The notes beneath the pieces were generated by a model. It was given only the letters and a program-made list of their open reading frames with translations, was not told where the DNA came from and did no database searches. 64,000 nt of DNA from NCBI GenBank assembly GCA_944389265.1, contig CALXLS010000005.1, positions 22,076 through 86,075 of the forward strand, written 5' to 3'. Shown here one piece after another: positions 1-9,056 of the stretch (position 1 is its first letter; each line of letters opens with the position of its first letter). The position numbers and the translations under genes are program-made. This DNA comes from an uncultured Alphaproteobacteria bacterium. Lineage in GTDB: Bacteria > Pseudomonadota > Alphaproteobacteria > Rs-D84.

Positions 1-509
1 CGCTAACTCGTCAAAGAAAACGCTTGGTTGTTTTATATAATGGAGATGTAAATTCTTTAAGAGCATTAAAAAACGACTCAAAATCAGATTTGTTAAACAG
101 GTATTCTAATTTATTTACAGAAGTCTGTGTTATAAATCGGTTAGGATATGACAAAGATGATGGGCGTAAACATAAAACAAAGTCTGGAATAATGGTTAGA
201 TCAAAATCAGAGGTTATAGTAGCAAATTTGTTAACAGATAATGGTATAGAATATGAATACGAAAAACCTTTAAAATTGATTGGACGTGAAACACCAATAA
301 AACCAGATTTTACGTTTAAGCATAAAGGGAAAACATATTATTGGGAACATTTAGGAATGATGGTATTGCGCGAATATCGGGATAAGTGGGAGAAAAAATT
401 AAAATTGTATCGTAGTAATGAAATAGAACCTATTGTAAGTGAAGACGGCGACAATGGTGATATTGATAGTAAAAAAATAGAAGAAACGATAAAACGTATA
501 TTGGCGTAA
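1..509 (+). CDS. PD-(D/E)XK (restriction-endonuclease-like) domain protein, probably 3' part of a gene running off the window start
   Basis: Reading frame is open from position 3, and the track ORF starts at TTG 24. The motif block RSKSEVIVANLL...IEYEYEKP...PDFTF...YYWEHLG resembles Vsr/DUF559-type nuclease cores. The gene is convergent with the Pif1 helicase gene. Confidence 0.4.
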   Translation, partial: LTRQRKRLVVLYNGDVNSLRALKNDSKSDLLNRYSNLFTEVCVINRLGYDKDDGRKHKTKSGIMVRSKSEVIVANLLTDNGIEYEYEKPLKLIGRETPIKPDFTFKHKGKTYYWEHLGMMVLREYRDKWEKKLKLYRSNEIEPIVSEDGDNGDIDSKKIEETIKRILA

Positions 510-513
510 GGTT

Positions 514-542
514 AAATGAATTCCTAAACTAGGAATTCATTT
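514..542. terminator. bidirectional stem-loop terminator between convergent genes
   Basis: Perfect 12-bp inverted repeat aaatgaattcct/aggaattcattt with 5-nt loop, and T-run on the + side. Confidence 0.5.
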
Positions 543-617
543 GATTCATTCATAACACTTATTTTCTACATCTCGGGAAATGGAATTAAGTGTTTCAAGG
601 TGCATACTTTATATTTT

Positions 618-1961
618 TTATTCGTTTCTTTTTTGTAGTTCTTCTAAGTAGATTTTTTCTTGGGATCCCAAAAAATTTTTAATATTTTCGTCTATATAAA
701 GATTATTGATTCCAAGCTTTTCTACTAAACATATATCTTTTACTTTATTAGTTCTACTTAATGCGACATACATTTGACCATGATACATTAACCCTGATGG
801 GTTTATTGTGACTTTAGATAAAGTTTGCCCCTGAGATTTGTTTACGGTTAGTGCATAAGCAAGTTTAAGAGGAATTTGTTTGTATAATGCATTAGGCGCG
901 GATTCTGTGACAAGGTTCCCATCTTTTTCTGTTATATCATAGCGTTCCCATTTAACAGGTTCGACTATATATATACCTCCTTTTGTTTTTACTTTAACAA
1001 ATTTCCCTTTCGGGCCTTGACCGAAACCTACCACCGTTCCCATAGTACCATTTTTCCAAGCACCACCACCAACATCGTTTTGAGTAAAAACAACTTTTGC
1101 ATTTATTTTTAGTTCCAAGAACATCGGTGAAGGATATTCTTCGGATTCTTGAGTGTTTTTTTTATTGGCAATTCGCCAGCCACAGTCAGTACCTATAAAA
1201 ACTTCTTTTTCTCCAGGTAAACTGCTTAAGCCTTGTTCATTTTTTTCGTCCACGATACTTCTTGTGCCAGCTATAAATATACCTTCTTTTTCATCTCCAT
1301 TTTTATAACAATTTTCATTAAAATAATCTACGGTTTCTTCTAAATCGAATTGGTATCTAATATGATTCAAATGAGTCCAGAAACTTCGTGCTTCTTTATC
1401 TCCTTTTTCGTCAAATTGTTGTCTATGTGGCATAAGTAATTCAACAAATTGAAATTTACCTTTTTTATATGCATTTGAATTGAAGAATAACGGCCATCTA
1501 TTTTTCCCGAATTCATCACCGTATCGCCTTTTTATATCATTGATTATATCATCTAATTTATCGTTATCGTTATAAAAAGACAAAACTTGATAAACATCAC
1601 CCGTTAACAAAACTTTGACGCCTCCGAACGGTTTCCAAGGAGTCTTCTTCGCCTTTTTTAATAAAGCGTCTATCGCGTCTAATATATCTGGTCTGACGTT
1701 CGATATTTCATCTATGATTAATAACTCGACACTTTTTAATTTTGAGGAAACAGGTATGCTTTCTAGATCTTTTTCTGTGATATATGGTGATGGAACCAAT
1801 TTAAAAAATGAGTGTATGGTGACACCTTTTACATTTAAAGCCGCCAATGCAGTAAATGCAACAACAACCGTGTTTGGGTGATTTCGTTCTATTGCCTCGA
1901 TTAAATAAGATTTCCCGGTTCCGGCTGCACCTTGTAAAAATAAATTTGTTTTTCCGGACAT
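618..1961 (-). CDS. Pif1/RecD-family (SF1B) DNA helicase
   Basis: Walker [10 protein letters not shown] near the N-terminus, Walker B LLIIDEIS, and C-terminal TVNKSQGQT motif typical of Pif1/RecD helicases. Length is 447 aa. Confidence 0.7.
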   Translation of the reverse strand: MSGKTNLFLQGAAGTGKSYLIEAIERNHPNTVVVAFTALAALNVKGVTIHSFFKLVPSPYITEKDLESIPVSSKLKSVELLIIDEISNVRPDILDAIDALLKKAKKTPWKPFGGVKVLLTGDVYQVLSFYNDNDKLDDIINDIKRRYGDEFGKNRWPLFFNSNAYKKGKFQFVELLMPHRQQFDEKGDKEARSFWTHLNHIRYQFDLEETVDYFNENCYKNGDEKEGIFIAGTRSIVDEKNEQGLSSLPGEKEVFIGTDCGWRIANKKNTQESEEYPSPMFLELKINAKVVFTQNDVGGGAWKNGTMGTVVGFGQGPKGKFVKVKTKGGIYIVEPVKWERYDITEKDGNLVTESAPNALYKQIPLKLAYALTVNKSQGQTLSKVTINPSGLMYHGQMYVALSRTNKVKDICLVEKLGINNLYIDENIKNFLGSQEKIYLEELQKRNE

Positions 1962-1968
1962 AACTTTA

Positions 1969-2616
1969 TCAAAAACATCCTTTTGAAAAAAAGTCTAGAT
2001 AAAATGGTTCGTTTGGGTTCTGTGGGTTGGGGACTTCATATATCAAGTCTTTTTTTTCTTTTATCAAATTAAGAACGGTTTTAAAAGTTTGTTCACCGTC
2101 AAACTCATTTTCTGTCTCGAATATATGGGCGGTTTGTTTTTTCTCTATGATGCCGTTCACCAAATCAAATTGATCACATACACTATCTAACGCCTCAAAA
2201 AAAGAATCTTTATCTAAATCTTCTATTTTCCACGCTTGTTTTACTAAATTACCTTCATATGAAGATTTAGATTTTGATGCCGATTGAATCCCCCATTTTT
2301 TTAAAAAGAACCCCATATTTTTAAAAGATACACCGTAACAAACCTCCAGCCATTGTTGGCCATTGAAATCTTTGTATAAATACACCGCAGGATACATTCC
2401 GTTTTTTAAAGTATTTTCGAAAGAGTCTACAGATTTTATAAAAGTAATATATGCTGTTTTTGGTGTGTTCTTATAGGGTTTCAGATTAAATACTAAATCA
2501 AAATCCCTGTACGTAGAACCTTCCCATATAGAAGAATTTACATTTCGACAAAAATTTCCTATAAAAAAACGCAAAAATAACCATAGTTGATCTTTATTCA
2601 TATTTTTACCTTGCAT
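1969..2616 (-). CDS. hypothetical protein co-transcribed upstream of Pif1-like helicase
   Basis: 215-aa ORF with 7-bp gap to the helicase start on the same strand. No recognisable motifs. Confidence 0.5.
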   Translation of the reverse strand: MQGKNMNKDQLWLFLRFFIGNFCRNVNSSIWEGSTYRDFDLVFNLKPYKNTPKTAYITFIKSVDSFENTLKNGMYPAVYLYKDFNGQQWLEVCYGVSFKNMGFFLKKWGIQSASKSKSSYEGNLVKQAWKIEDLDKDSFFEALDSVCDQFDLVNGIIEKKQTAHIFETENEFDGEQTFKTVLNLIKEKKDLIYEVPNPQNPNEPFYLDFFSKGCF

Positions 2617-2980
2617 TTTTGAACATAAATAACGTGTGCTTAAATTGTCTCATACCCAATTGTTTTTTGCAACAATTAAAACGATAATTAGGTCGCGTCC
2701 AAATTTGGGGTATAGGTAGATTATAAATTAAGTGGATATATAACCAATACAAGAAAGGTAACTTTTCTTAAATATGATTTACTTTTTTTTATGTGTTTGG
2801 TATATATCTATTGTGGTTATATGAAGAAGGGTGACAACCATCTATAACTACTTAAATTTGTATAAGTGGTGCAGCTTTATCTGCATTGGGGTGCATACAG
2901 CCCAAGCTGATTGCCGTATTGACTCGTCATCAATCATAAAGGGTACGTTAAGCCCCTGCGCTATTTAAAAGGAGATTTTT

Positions 2981-3697
2981 ATGCCGAAAAAATATACTCG
3001 TCAGGAAACCCTAAACATTTTAGAGACAATGAAAAAAGAAGGTAAGGGATTTTCTTCTTTGTATAAAAAGGGTTTTATCAATTGGTCTGGTAAATCCATG
3101 GATAGAAGCAATTCAGAATACTATTCAGAAATTATATCAGATTGGTTATTAAATAATATGGATATATTAACTGGTAATCATATAAAGCAAGTAAACAGGG
3201 AGAATTATAAAGAATTTCATCCAGAACTAGATGAAAATACGCCGGCAACCAATCGTGAAGAAGAAAGAATCGCAAAAGAAATACATAAAGAAAAGGTTTA
3301 TAAAGAACTTGGTGAAGTTTTTGATTATCAGGTGCCTTTAAAAAAGACGAACAAAGATACTGGCGTAGGTAAGATAGACCTGGTTGCATTCAATAAAAAT
3401 GAAAACAATGTGTATTTGTTAGAGTTAAAAAGACGTGATAATTCTGAAACTTTATTGCGCTGCGTTTTGGAAATATATACATATTGGAAGCAACTTAATA
3501 AGGATAACTTTAAAAAGAGTTTCGACTTCCTACCATTAGATGCAAATATAATTCCTGCGGTATTAATTTTTAAAGATAGTGTACAATATAAGCAATATGA
3601 ATCAGAACATCCAAAGACAAGAAAACTTATGAAAGTATTAGGAATACAAACATTTGTTGTGACACAAGCAAAGTACACAATAGTTAAAGAGGATTAA
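2981..3697 (+). CDS. PD-(D/E)XK nuclease-like protein
   Basis: Motif GKIDLVAF-x10-VYLLELKRRD is a D...(D/E)xK signature. SD aaaaggag lies upstream. First gene of a 5-gene operon. Confidence 0.55.
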   Translation: MPKKYTRQETLNILETMKKEGKGFSSLYKKGFINWSGKSMDRSNSEYYSEIISDWLLNNMDILTGNHIKQVNRENYKEFHPELDENTPATNREEERIAKEIHKEKVYKELGEVFDYQVPLKKTNKDTGVGKIDLVAFNKNENNVYLLELKRRDNSETLLRCVLEIYTYWKQLNKDNFKKSFDFLPLDANIIPAVLIFKDSVQYKQYESEHPKTRKLMKVLGIQTFVVTQAKYTIVKED

Positions 3698-3698
3698 T

Positions 3699-3995
3699 AT
3701 GCGTATAAACAAGATAATTGTTGATAATATGGGCAATGTTTTTGCGCCTGTTGGTCGTGTTTCTGGCGGCTATGTGTATGACGACAGGGAAAGACTTATC
3801 GGAAGATATGTTGACGACAGGGTTGAATCTGTGAACAGACATATAATAGGTTTTGCCGCAGGTGGGGCGATTATGAACCCCGCAGGAAAGCAAGTTGCAA
3901 GATTAAATAATCGTTCTGAAATAGAAAGCAGCAAAACATTACGACCAGGGGAATATGCAGCAGTTTATAATTTTTTCTTCAAGGAGATAAAATAA
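3699..3995 (+). CDS. small protein with YD-like beta-hairpin repeats (GGYVYDDRERLIGRYVDD)
   Basis: 98-aa ORF, start 1 nt after the previous stop. Its repeat motif is shared with ORF 8515-8700. Confidence 0.45.
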   Translation: MRINKIIVDNMGNVFAPVGRVSGGYVYDDRERLIGRYVDDRVESVNRHIIGFAAGGAIMNPAGKQVARLNNRSEIESSKTLRPGEYAAVYNFFFKEIK

Positions 3996-4237
3996 TGGGG
4001 CGCAAAGTAAAATTACCAAATGGTGGCACCGTAGAGTGTGAAAGTTATCTTGGACCGACAGTTCATTGTTGTGCAACATGTCGTTTTTGGAATGGGTGTA
4101 GAATAATAGAAACCAACGGCAGTCATGTACTAGGTGTAGGGTTTGATAAAAGACAAAATCTTGGTGCATGTGGTGCAAAAAACAATGCCAGGGTTCCTGC
4201 GCGTTCGTCTTGTCCAAAATGGGTTGGTTTAAGGTAA
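3995..4237 (+). CDS. small Cys-rich protein (7 Cys, CCATCRFWNGC)
   Basis: 80-aa ORF. ATG overlaps the upstream stop (ataATGg), indicating translational coupling. Confidence 0.4.
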   Translation: MGRKVKLPNGGTVECESYLGPTVHCCATCRFWNGCRIIETNGSHVLGVGFDKRQNLGACGAKNNARVPARSSCPKWVGLR

Positions 4238-4250
4238 ATCAGGTGCGGCA

Positions 4251-5498
4251 ATGAAAATCTGTATATATCGTGGAACAAATGAAATCGGTGGAAACTGTGT
4301 AGAAATTGCAACAGACGCAACTCGTGTTTTATTCGATTTTGGGTTGCCTTTATCTTCGATGGAAGAAGAAGGGAAAAGTCTAACTGATTATAAAGTAAAT
4401 TGTTCGGGTATATATGCAGATGAAGAACCTTCTGTAAATGCTATTTTTATAACGCATAATCATCCAGACCATTACGGAATGCTTCCTTTAATTAATCCCA
4501 AAATTCCTGTATACATGTCGAAAACTTTACATGAAATACTGATAAAAATACAACCTTTGTTGCCAGGAAATTTTGATATATCGCATTTGGATATTCGTGA
4601 TGTTGATTCAGGCGAAAGTATAAAAATAGGGGATTTAACTATAACTGTACATCCAGTAGACCATGCACCAGCTGCGTGTGCTTATGAAATTTCTGACGGA
4701 AAGAAAAGAGTATTGTATACGGGAGATATCAGGTTTCATTCAAATCAAAGTTGGAAGTCATGGAAATTGGCGGACAAGGTCAAGAAGCCAGACTATCTGA
4801 TTATGGAAGGTACGCGCTTATCACGTACTGAGGCAAAAGAAAAATACCCGACCGAAGACGCAGTGTATAAACATCTGGTGCAAATTTTGCGTAATTCTGG
4901 GAAAGCAATATTTATAAGTTTGTCTTCTCAAAATTTAGACAGGTTGGTTTCTATGATTAAAGCATGCTTAGCAACTGGAAGGATTTTTGTAATTGACCCA
5001 TATACAGCGGCATTATTTGATATATTTCATGAATTGTCAGAAAGGGTGCCAACAGTAGAAATGGTTGATTGTGTAAAAATTTATTACGGTGGAAATCAAA
5101 AGATAGCAGAAAAAATGATTGCCAAAGGAATATTTAAGACACATAGCGCAAAAAAAATAACGATTGAAGAAATTGCAGAGTCCCCAGAAAAATATGTTAT
5201 AAAATATAATCGAACATTGATAAATTTGTTATTAAAGAACCAGATTAAAGATTACGATTTTATTTATTCTATGTGGCACGGTTATTTAGAAAGGAAGAAG
5301 ATTTGGGAACCATATAAAGAGCATTTAATAGAGGTACACACATCAGGTCATGCACAAGTTTCTGATTTGCAAGAATTTGTTAAGAAGATTTCTCCTGCCA
5401 AGATAATACCCATTCATACAGAATGTAAAGATAGTTATGCAGATGTTTTTTCTGCACCGATATTAAGTTTAAATGATAATGAACCAACAGAGGTATAA
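4251..5498 (+). CDS. metallo-beta-lactamase fold beta-CASP hydrolase, RNase J-like but lacking the RNase J C-terminal domain
   Basis: N-terminal EIGGNCVEI...VLFDFGLP...ITHNHPDHYG (HxHxDH) matches the RNase J pattern. C-terminal HTSGHAQ...IIPIHTE is beta-CASP motif C. Length 415 aa. Confidence 0.65.
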   Translation: MKICIYRGTNEIGGNCVEIATDATRVLFDFGLPLSSMEEEGKSLTDYKVNCSGIYADEEPSVNAIFITHNHPDHYGMLPLINPKIPVYMSKTLHEILIKIQPLLPGNFDISHLDIRDVDSGESIKIGDLTITVHPVDHAPAACAYEISDGKKRVLYTGDIRFHSNQSWKSWKLADKVKKPDYLIMEGTRLSRTEAKEKYPTEDAVYKHLVQILRNSGKAIFISLSSQNLDRLVSMIKACLATGRIFVIDPYTAALFDIFHELSERVPTVEMVDCVKIYYGGNQKIAEKMIAKGIFKTHSAKKITIEEIAESPEKYVIKYNRTLINLLLKNQIKDYDFIYSMWHGYLERKKIWEPYKEHLIEVHTSGHAQVSDLQEFVKKISPAKIIPIHTECKDSYADVFSAPILSLNDNEPTEV

Positions 5499-5500
5499 AG

Positions 5501-6907
5501 ATGAAAAAAGAAAAGACTAATCCAAGACTGCGTACAGGCGAATTTTCAAAAATAATAAAAAAGGGCAATCTGCAAGAAGTAAAAGATTTTATCGCAAATA
5601 GGGATTGTCTGGATATATTGGCACTAGATGAATATGGGCGAGATTCTTTATATGATGCAATTTTTACAGGAAATTTAGATATAGTAAAAGAGTTAATCGA
5701 CTATGGTTTGGACCCGAGTTTAGTTGATACTTCTACGGGAGTTGGTGCGTTGCATCTTGCTTCATCCGAAGGTCATTATAATATAGTGGAACATTTAATA
5801 AAAGTACATGGACTAAAAGTTAATCAGTTGGATAAAAAATATCGTTCTCCGCTGTACTATGCTTTATTGTTTATGGTTGAAAAAGGAAAAAATGGTAGAA
5901 TATATGTAAATCAAGAGAATCTAAAAATAGCAAAATTCTTGGTTGTCAACGGTGTAAAATTCCAAAAGAACCTACATACATTTCCTGTCGAAATGGGCGT
6001 TTTAGAAGAAGAATTAGTTCGTTATTTTCATCGTGGTAAAATTGAAGAAAATGCTAGGTGGAATTGTATCAACTTTTTAAAAGAAGATATAGCGGCTTAT
6101 GCTAGCGGAGAATATAAATATATAGAAGGATTTAAAAAAAATATATATAAGACACCAGAATTTCAAGATAAAAAGAATGTTTTGCCAATAGCACTTGGGT
6201 GGAAAATTAAAGAATGGGATTATAAAGCAGTTCGAGATAAATTTAATAAAGGCGAGCCAGAATTATTAAAAAAATCAGAAATTAGACCAATTGTTGCAGA
6301 TTTAGCAAAAATATCACCGCTTTTAATAAATTTAGGAGATACAGTAGAAGAAGAATATATGATTATGGATAATATATTTAATTCTATTATGCCAAAATAC
6401 GATGAAGATGCTTGCCAAGTGGTGTTTATAGACCCAATAGATAGGTGCTTTTTGCCAGTTTATAAAAGAGACGGCAGATTTCTGATGAATTCTGTTGACG
6501 ATATGAATACAGCAGTAGGCGCAATAAAAGCGCTTGTCGCGGAATCAGAATTTCGTGAAGGGTTATCCGAACAAAAATTGGCAGACAAAGCACCAATGGT
6601 TTGTGTAATAAATGATTTAACAGATATTATTGAATACGATAATAGCATAGAAGCAGATATGCAATATTTGATGATGCACGGGCAACACACAAAAATATAT
6701 TTAATTGTGCTTGTTAGGGACGGTACAAAAAAAGGTTTGTCTTCTTTATTGAAAGCGAATTTTTTGGCAAATATGCTATTTCATGCAAAAGCAACCAAAG
6801 AGCATAGAAATAATTTTAGAACAAGTTGTATGGAAAAACTTGGAAAGGGCGAGGCGCTTATCACCGTTTATTCGGAAATAGGATTAGGATATATAAAAAT
6901 CAAATAG
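5501..6907 (+). CDS. ankyrin-repeat protein with ~300-aa C-terminal domain of unknown function
   Basis: At least three ANK repeats at residues ~40-140 (GRDSLYDAIFTGNLDIVKELIDYG, GALHLASSEGHYNIVEHLI). Start is 2 nt after the previous stop. Confidence 0.6.
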   Translation: MKKEKTNPRLRTGEFSKIIKKGNLQEVKDFIANRDCLDILALDEYGRDSLYDAIFTGNLDIVKELIDYGLDPSLVDTSTGVGALHLASSEGHYNIVEHLIKVHGLKVNQLDKKYRSPLYYALLFMVEKGKNGRIYVNQENLKIAKFLVVNGVKFQKNLHTFPVEMGVLEEELVRYFHRGKIEENARWNCINFLKEDIAAYASGEYKYIEGFKKNIYKTPEFQDKKNVLPIALGWKIKEWDYKAVRDKFNKGEPELLKKSEIRPIVADLAKISPLLINLGDTVEEEYMIMDNIFNSIMPKYDEDACQVVFIDPIDRCFLPVYKRDGRFLMNSVDDMNTAVGAIKALVAESEFREGLSEQKLADKAPMVCVINDLTDIIEYDNSIEADMQYLMMHGQHTKIYLIVLVRDGTKKGLSSLLKANFLANMLFHAKATKEHRNNFRTSCMEKLGKGEALITVYSEIGLGYIKIK

Positions 6908-6909
6908 TA

Positions 6910-6942
6910 AAAATGTCGGATTTTTTATTCCGACATTTTTTG
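6910..6942. terminator. bidirectional rho-independent terminator
   Basis: Stem aatgtcgga/tccgacatt with T-rich loop, followed by T-run. Lies between convergent gene ends. Confidence 0.6.
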
Positions 6943-7245
6943 TTATATTTTATATCCAAATGCATTTAATTTATCACGCGCGATTTTCTTTTCGGTTTCG
7001 GTAAAAAGATCAGAGAATGCTTCTTCTAGAATAATATTTTCTATTGTTAAATCTAAACGTTTTAAAGACCATAGTTTATTAAAACCGGTAGATATGTTCT
7101 TGTTGTTTATAAGTGATTTACAGGTTGCTATTGCACCCTGGGTGTTTAACATTTGTGTCAAGTATGTCGGATTATATCCGATTTCTTTGGAATCAAATAT
7201 CATTTTTTGAATGCGTTGCATCAATTGTTCTTCTGTTGCTTTCAT
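6943..7245 (-). CDS. hypothetical 100-aa protein
   Basis: ORF only, convergent to the ankyrin-protein gene. No motif recognised. Confidence 0.35.
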   Translation of the reverse strand: MKATEEQLMQRIQKMIFDSKEIGYNPTYLTQMLNTQGAIATCKSLINNKNISTGFNKLWSLKRLDLTIENIILEEAFSDLFTETEKKIARDKLNAFGYKI

Positions 7246-7430
7246 ATCGTATTCCTCTAAACGTCAGATTTATATCATAAATAAAAAGTACGTAGTGTAA
7301 AGAATTTTCTGAAATAAAAATTTATAACAAGACCAAAAATGTCGTATTGGTTTAATAACATGAAAAAGTGAAATATTGCCAAAAAATTTAATATATGGTA
7401 AATTAACTATAAATAAGGGGTTAATACATC

Positions 7431-8408
7431 ATGCGGGATAATTATAATCGATTATATGAATTATACGATTTTATCAATGAATTACGCAGTCGTACTTTTT
7501 CTGGTATGTCATACGAAGAAATAATGGTTCATTTTGGGTGGTCCAGAAAGACCACTGAAAGAATGCTGAATGTTCTAAAAACGCTTTTTGGTGACGGGTT
7601 AACATATGATTATATTGATGATGGCAGCCGCAGAAAATCTTATAAATTGGTTATAAAAGACCTTAATAAATTACCTTTAAATTTTATATCCGAAGAAGAT
7701 TTGATAAATTTAAAAACTGCAGCAAAGATTTTAACAAATGATTCAAATGTATCTGGTGGGTTATCTCGGCTTGCGTCTAAATTAGGTACAATAAATTTAA
7801 AAACGGAAAATAATGCAGAAGATGTTGCAGGGGCGACAAGTGCAGTTGCTATACCAGGTCCAAGGTTGAATATCGATAATGGTATTATCGGTGCTTTACA
7901 AGAATCTGTCCAGAGTTTTAAGCAGGCAGAAATTGAATATAATGGTAGAAAGCGCGTTGTGTGTCCATTAGGGTTTTTATATGGTATAAGAAATAATTAT
8001 TTAATCGCGGCCAATAAAAGATACATTTCTAGTCCGGTAAAGTATAAATTGTGTGATATAACGTCCGTAAAAGTTTTAGACAACTTTTTTGATGCGGAAG
8101 GTTTTGATATACATAAATATTCTATAAGGTCTTTCGGAGTTTATTCTGGGAAAGAAGACGGTTATGATATAGAATGGCTTGTAAAGAAAGAAGCAGCGCA
8201 GGATGCTAAAAAATATATATTTCATTCTACACAACAAATGATTGAAAACGAAGATGGTACTTTAACGATAAAATTTCATGCGGATGGCTTAAGAGAAATG
8301 GCATGGCATTTGTTTACTTGGGGTGGAATGATTGTGCCCATAGCACCTGCAGAACTGGTTACAGAATATAAAAATTATATAAAATTAGCGCAAGAATCAT
8401 TAAAATAA
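7431..8408 (+). CDS. WYL-domain transcriptional regulator (BrxR/CapW-like, wHTH-WYL-WCX)
   Basis: N-terminal wHTH (SYEEIMVHFGWSRKTTERMLNVL). Central WYL-like core (YLIAANKRYISSPVKYKLCDITSVKVL). 325 aa is typical for this family. SD aaggggt upstream. Confidence 0.6.
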   Translation: MRDNYNRLYELYDFINELRSRTFSGMSYEEIMVHFGWSRKTTERMLNVLKTLFGDGLTYDYIDDGSRRKSYKLVIKDLNKLPLNFISEEDLINLKTAAKILTNDSNVSGGLSRLASKLGTINLKTENNAEDVAGATSAVAIPGPRLNIDNGIIGALQESVQSFKQAEIEYNGRKRVVCPLGFLYGIRNNYLIAANKRYISSPVKYKLCDITSVKVLDNFFDAEGFDIHKYSIRSFGVYSGKEDGYDIEWLVKKEAAQDAKKYIFHSTQQMIENEDGTLTIKFHADGLREMAWHLFTWGGMIVPIAPAELVTEYKNYIKLAQESLK

Positions 8409-8423
8409 GCATCAGAAAAATAA

Positions 8424-8452
8424 AAAGCACCTGTTTTTACAGGTGCTTTTTT
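8424..8452 (+). terminator. rho-independent terminator after WYL regulator gene
   Basis: agcacctg-tttttac-caggtgct hairpin followed by TTTTTT. Confidence 0.65.
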
Positions 8453-8514
8453 GTACGTCCAAAACTGTCGCATATACTACCTAGATTATGATTGTAGATA
8501 AAAAGGAGACTTAA

Positions 8515-8700
8515 ATGGCGATTTCTACGGCAGTACAAAGGGGTAGTTGGGTTTACGTATATAATGAAAAAGGAGCATATCTTACAAGCCTAAGCGGTCA
8601 GTTGTATGGTTTTACTTCTTCAACTGTATCGGTAAAGCGAAACAATTGGGTTTATGTTTATGACGAACACGGAGGTTATGTTTCTTCTTTTTCTTGTTAA
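8515..8700 (+). CDS. 61-aa protein made of two WVYVY(D/N)E-G-Y repeats
   Basis: Good SD aaaaggag 8 nt upstream. Internal duplication RGSWVYVYNEKGAYLTS / NNWVYVYDEHGGYVSS. Confidence 0.45.
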   Translation: MAISTAVQRGSWVYVYNEKGAYLTSLSGQLYGFTSSTVSVKRNNWVYVYDEHGGYVSSFSC

Positions 8701-8724
8701 TTTATAAAAACTAAGGGCGCGCAC

Positions 8725-9009
8725 ATGAAACTAGATTTTGAAAAATATTTATCGGATGTAAAACTTAATAAAAAACGTAATTTCTCAAAGAGAAGCATAG
8801 AATCATATTCTAGGAATGTTCCAGAGTATTTAAGAGATAAGTTTAGTGTCAATCTTTATAGCATTTCAGAGCCAAAAGAAGCACAAGACTTGTTAGATAG
8901 ATTGAATAAGAACTCGAATTTTTTAAGGGATGACACAGTTGGTAAGCATATGTATTCGTGTGGAATAAAACGATACATCGAGTTTTTAACGTGGTTGCAA
9001 ATGCAGTAA
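8725..9009 (+). CDS. hypothetical 94-aa protein
   Basis: ORF in operon position between the repeat protein and the AAA+ gene. No confident motif. Confidence 0.4.
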   Translation: MKLDFEKYLSDVKLNKKRNFSKRSIESYSRNVPEYLRDKFSVNLYSISEPKEAQDLLDRLNKNSNFLRDDTVGKHMYSCGIKRYIEFLTWLQMQ

Positions 9010-9056
9010 TAGAAAAACATTATCGCACGAAAAACTTGTAAAACCGGGAGATATAT

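Noticed and set aside
514-542. Perfect 12-bp inverted repeat containing two GAATTC sites, considered as a possible IS/MITE terminal repeat
   Set aside because: It is a single hairpin placed exactly between two convergent stop codons, with a U-run. There is no second copy in the window and no transposase. It is a bidirectional terminator.
2880-2980. GC-richer 100-nt leader upstream of the 5-gene operon, considered as a riboswitch
   Set aside because: No match to any riboswitch consensus I know. Only short potential stems. Kept as a note inside the operon finding.
3132-3678. Minus-strand ORFs of 85 and 116 aa inside the PD-(D/E)XK nuclease gene
   Set aside because: They are antisense, Phe/Leu-rich products typical of AT-rich reverse frames.
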